A stretch of DNA of 20,000 nt from an uncultured virus (IMG/VR IMGVR_UViG_3300021368_000006) (lineage: Duplodnaviria > Heunggongvirae > Uroviricota > Caudoviricetes), in IMG/VR virus record IMGVR_UViG_3300021368_000006, positions 52,791 through 72,790 of that record; one strand, written 5' to 3'. Of this stretch, positions 16,977 through 20,000 are shown one piece after another. The stretch's first letter is position 1. Each line of letters begins with the position of its first letter. The notes under the pieces were generated by a model. The model saw only the letters and a list, made by a program, of their open reading frames with translations. It did no database searches and was not told the DNA's origin. A program made the translations under genes and the position numbers.

Positions 16977-19900
16977 ATGTCTGTAGAAAATATATTTTTA
17001 TTTAACGATGTAATAAAAGTCAAGGTTGGAATTGATTCTCCAGTTGGAATCAATACCCCATCTGATGGCCAAGTTGTTGAACAAAATGGACTTACATACA
17101 CTTATAATGCAACAACAACTTCTTGGGATATTACTGTATTATCAAATATAGTATTTGTTTCTGGACTTACATCTTCTATAACATTGTCATTTTCTGCTGG
17201 AGAGATTCTTGTTAATGGCACTAGTCAAGGCACAAGCACAACAATATCTAATAATGATGTATTACAATTATCATTAGAAAATCCAACTCTAAATCAATCC
17301 AATACATATAGTATTATTGCAGATGGTACAACAATAGATTATATTGTTGAATTGAATGATCCAGAGGTTGCAAACTTTGATACAGATAGATCAACTTCAT
17401 CGACTAATGACGATCTTGAAAAGATTGATACGACATCTCCCACATTAACCGATTCTGATACGACTGTATTCCAAAGTATCATAAACCAATTAAATGTTGG
17501 AGATGTAGATTTTGAAAGTGTAAAAGAACAACTATCTACACTCATTCAAGAAAATTTTTCTGAAGTATATCAAGAGGCCCTTGGCGATTTAGAGGTTCTA
17601 CTTGCCCAAGAATTCGAAGAATTTAGAGATACAATTTTAACTTCTGAAACTGAGATTGTAGAAACAACAGTCCAAGAGCGTGCGGAGATTACAGAGGTTA
17701 TTACCGCAAAGGATGCGGAGATTGATAGCGTTTTAGAAACACAAGAATCTCAAGATTATACGCAAGAATTGGTTCAAGAAACTTTAGAGACTTCTATACA
17801 AGAAACATTTGTAGAAGATGAGGTTTTAGAGACTTCTGAACAAGAACTACTTGCCGTTACTGATTCTCCAGAAACTTCAGAACAAGAAACATTTGTAGAT
17901 GGAGATGTGGTTGAAACTTCAGACCAAGAACTACTTGCCGTTACTGATTCTCCAGAAACTTCAGAACAAGAAACATTTGTAGAAGATGAAGTTTTAGAGA
18001 TTTCTGAACAAGAACTACTTGCTGTTACTGATTCTCCAGAAACATCTACACCAGATACATTTGCGGAAGATGAGGTTGTAGAAACTTCAGACCAAGAACT
18101 ACTTGCCGTTACTGATTCTCCAGAAACTTCAGAACAAGAAACATTTGTAGAAGATGAGGTTGTAGAAACTTCTGAACAACAAACATTTGTAGAAGATGAG
18201 GTTGTAGAAACTTCTGAACAACAAACATTTGTAGATGGAGATGTGGTTGAAACTTCTGAACAAGAACTACTTGCCGTTACTGATTCTCCAGAAACATCTA
18301 CACCAGATACATTTGCAGAAGATGAGGTTGTAGAAACTTCTGAACAAGAGTTGTTGGCAGTAACAGACTCTCCAGAAACATTCACATCAGATACATTTAC
18401 AGAAGATGAAGTTGTAGAAACATCTACACCAGACACATTTGCGGAAGATGAGGTTGTAGAAACTTCTGAACAAGAATTACTTACCGTTACTGATTCTCCA
18501 GAAACATCTACACCAGATACATTTTCAGATACTATTCAACAGGCTCTTTTAGAACAGGTTAGAGAAGAATTAACAGATAACGAAGAATTAAAACTATCAG
18601 ACCTCTTTTCTGACCTAGAAAATATTTTAACAAATCAATTAGAATCTTTTTCCGAAGAAATAACTCCAGATTTTCTAATTCAAGTATTATCGGAATTAAG
18701 TGATTCCGAAGAATTAAAAACTGCAGAAATTCAAAACTTAGAAGATATTCAAAGTCTTTTAACTCCAGATATTTTATTAGATTTAGAAAATATTCAATTA
18801 GAAAATATAACCCAAGAATTGGTCAGAGAAAGTCTTTCAACAGTAATACAAGAATTTTTGGAAGAAACTTTAACTGAAACATTTATTTTACCAGAAACTG
18901 ATGAAACAATTGAAACGCTATCAACACTAGATCAGGCAAAAGATGAAACCGTTGATGTAATAGAAACTTCTACATTAGATAGTTCAGAAGAACAAGATGT
19001 AGTAGAAGAAGTTACTGCAGATATTGATACCACAGTAGAAACAACAGAAGGTGTTGAACAAGAAAGAACAGAAGAGTCTCCAGAAGAACAGCAACTGGAA
19101 GAAAAGTTGGATGCTGCCAGTGAAACAGCAGATTCGCAGGACACCACTTCAGACGAACAAATTTCAGTTGGAAGTGATGGAGAAGTTGTCGAAGAAGATA
19201 GTGCAGATTCAACAACTTCTGATACAAGTGTCGATGATGAGGTCACAGAAACTTCAGTAGATGATGCAACTGTAGACGATGCCACAGACACTACTGAGTC
19301 GCCAGACGCAACTGTAGATGATGCCACAGACACTACTGAGTCTCCAGATGCAACAATAGACGATGCCACAGACACTACTGAGTCTCCAGATGCAACTGTA
19401 GACGATGCCACAGACACTACTGAGTCTCCAGATGCAACAATAGACGATGCCACAGACACCACAGAGTCTTCAGATGCTGGCGTTGATGATGATACGGATG
19501 CTACACTTTCGCCCTCTTTAGATGAGGAAGACGAATCTTCAGAGACTGTATCTGATGGAAATGTGGTTTCTGATTCTGAACTTGAAGGTGTTACTGATAC
19601 CGAAACACCAGAAGATGCGTCAGACGAAACTACAACCCCTAGTGAAGTACCAGAAGAAGACCCAATTACGACTGAGACACCAGACTCTGAGGTTGAAGAT
19701 GAAGTACAACCAGTTTCAGATGATGCAAGTGATGTTACAGATGAACAAACTGTAACAGAAACGGAATCAGACACGCCGGTTGATGAATCTGGTGATACTG
19801 AATCTGATTCTGATACATCAGCAGATCAACAAATAGAAACTATTACGGACACAGATACATCAGTAGATGAATCTGGTGATACTGAATCTGATTCTGATAC

Positions 19901-20000
19901 ATCAGCAGATCAACAAATAGAAACTATTACGGACACAGATACATCAGTAGATGAATCTGGTGATACTGAATCTGATTCTGATACATCAGCAGATCAACAA
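16977..20000 (+). CDS. Hyper-acidic, repeat-rich giant protein (3' truncated, >1008 aa), probably virion-associated; absent from the ORF track
   Basis: Manual translation from the ATG at 16977 (MSVENIFLFNDVIKVKVGIDSPVG...) stays open to the window end (...DTSADQQ). The N-terminal ~130 aa are beta-module-like (PSDGQVVEQNGLTYTYNATTTSW; SNIVFVSGL..EILVNG..ISNNDVLQL). The remainder is dominated by E/D/T/S. No clear SD, so the start is somewhat less certain. Confidence 0.85.
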   Translation, partial: MSVENIFLFNDVIKVKVGIDSPVGINTPSDGQVVEQNGLTYTYNATTTSWDITVLSNIVFVSGLTSSITLSFSAGEILVNGTSQGTSTTISNNDVLQLSLENPTLNQSNTYSIIADGTTIDYIVELNDPEVANFDTDRSTSSTNDDLEKIDTTSPTLTDSDTTVFQSIINQLNVGDVDFESVKEQLSTLIQENFSEVYQEALGDLEVLLAQEFEEFRDTILTSETEIVETTVQERAEITEVITAKDAEIDSVLETQESQDYTQELVQETLETSIQETFVEDEVLETSEQELLAVTDSPETSEQETFVDGDVVETSDQELLAVTDSPETSEQETFVEDEVLEISEQELLAVTDSPETSTPDTFAEDEVVETSDQELLAVTDSPETSEQETFVEDEVVETSEQQTFVEDEVVETSEQQTFVDGDVVETSEQELLAVTDSPETSTPDTFAEDEVVETSEQELLAVTDSPETFTSDTFTEDEVVETSTPDTFAEDEVVETSEQELLTVTDSPETSTPDTFSDTIQQALLEQVREELTDNEELKLSDLFSDLENILTNQLESFSEEITPDFLIQVLSELSDSEELKTAEIQNLEDIQSLLTPDILLDLENIQLENITQELVRESLSTVIQEFLEETLTETFILPETDETIETLSTLDQAKDETVDVIETSTLDSSEEQDVVEEVTADIDTTVETTEGVEQERTEESPEEQQLEEKLDAASETADSQDTTSDEQISVGSDGEVVEEDSADSTTSDTSVDDEVTETSVDDATVDDATDTTESPDATVDDATDTTESPDATIDDATDTTESPDATVDDATDTTESPDATIDDATDTTESSDAGVDDDTDATLSPSLDEEDESSETVSDGNVVSDSELEGVTDTETPEDASDETTTPSEVPEEDPITTETPDSEVEDEVQPVSDDASDVTDEQTVTETESDTPVDESGDTESDSDTSADQQIETITDTDTSVDESGDTESDSDTSADQQIETITDTDTSVDESGDTESDSDTSADQQ
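17787..18524 (+). repeat. Coding tandem array 1: ~17.5 units of 42 bp (14 aa)
   Basis: Units ETS(E/D)QELLAVTDSP, ETSEQ(E/Q)TFV(ED/DG)(E/D)V(V/L) and ETSTPDTFAEDEVV in mixed order, with no spacers. Confidence 0.92.
19263..19472 (+). repeat. Coding tandem array 2: 5 units of 42 bp (DAT(V/I)DDATDTTES(P/S)), with degenerate flanking units
   Basis: Units start at 19263, 19305, 19347, 19389 and 19431. Degenerate in-register units occur at 19221 (DTSVDDEVTETSVD) and 19473 (DAGVDDDTDATLSP). Confidence 0.93.
19779..20000 (+). repeat. Coding tandem array 3: >=2.6 near-identical units of 84 bp (28 aa), running off the window
   Basis: VDESGDTESDSDTSADQQIETITDTDTS units start at 19779, 19863 and 19947. 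Confidence 0.93.

Noticed and set aside
17774..19774. Minus-strand ORFs of 220 aa (17774-18436) and 280 aa (18932-19774)
   Set aside because: They are Ser/Val-rich antisense shadows of the repetitive + strand acidic ORF and have no independent expression signals.
17787..20000. Possible CRISPR array
   Set aside because: The repeats are contiguous, in-frame multiples of 3 with no unique spacers, vary at synonymous positions, and no cas genes are present.
16977..20000. Tape-measure protein call for the long repeat ORF
   Set aside because: Tape measures are typically Ala/Leu/Lys-rich helical proteins with periodic aromatic residues. This protein is Asp/Glu/Thr/Ser-rich, contains Pro and has almost no basic residues.

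Overview
The window is AT-rich, almost entirely coding on the + strand, and reads as the late (virion-structural) region of a large T4-like myophage, probably marine (inferred from motif content, not checked). It contains: the 3' end of a fibre-like gene (<1-92); a 1872-aa mosaic adhesin/fibre-tip-like protein (121-5739); three tandem paralogues of 683, 1401 and 1569 aa sharing one conserved core into which different modules are inserted at the same sites (5768-16902); an intrinsic terminator; and a >1008-aa hyper-acidic repeat protein (16977->20000) that the ORF track missed because it has no stop in the window. Each of the last four genes is preceded by a T4 late-promoter-like (T/G/C)ATAAATA box. 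The most notable features are (i) the scaffold-plus-variable-cargo paralogue family, (ii) nested ('Russian-doll') domain insertions in the 1872-aa protein, and (iii) three sequence-unrelated tandem arrays in the acidic protein that all use a 14-aa (42-bp) register. I saw no RNA genes, CRISPR, mobile elements or enzymes. Family assignments come from motif recall only; no search was run.
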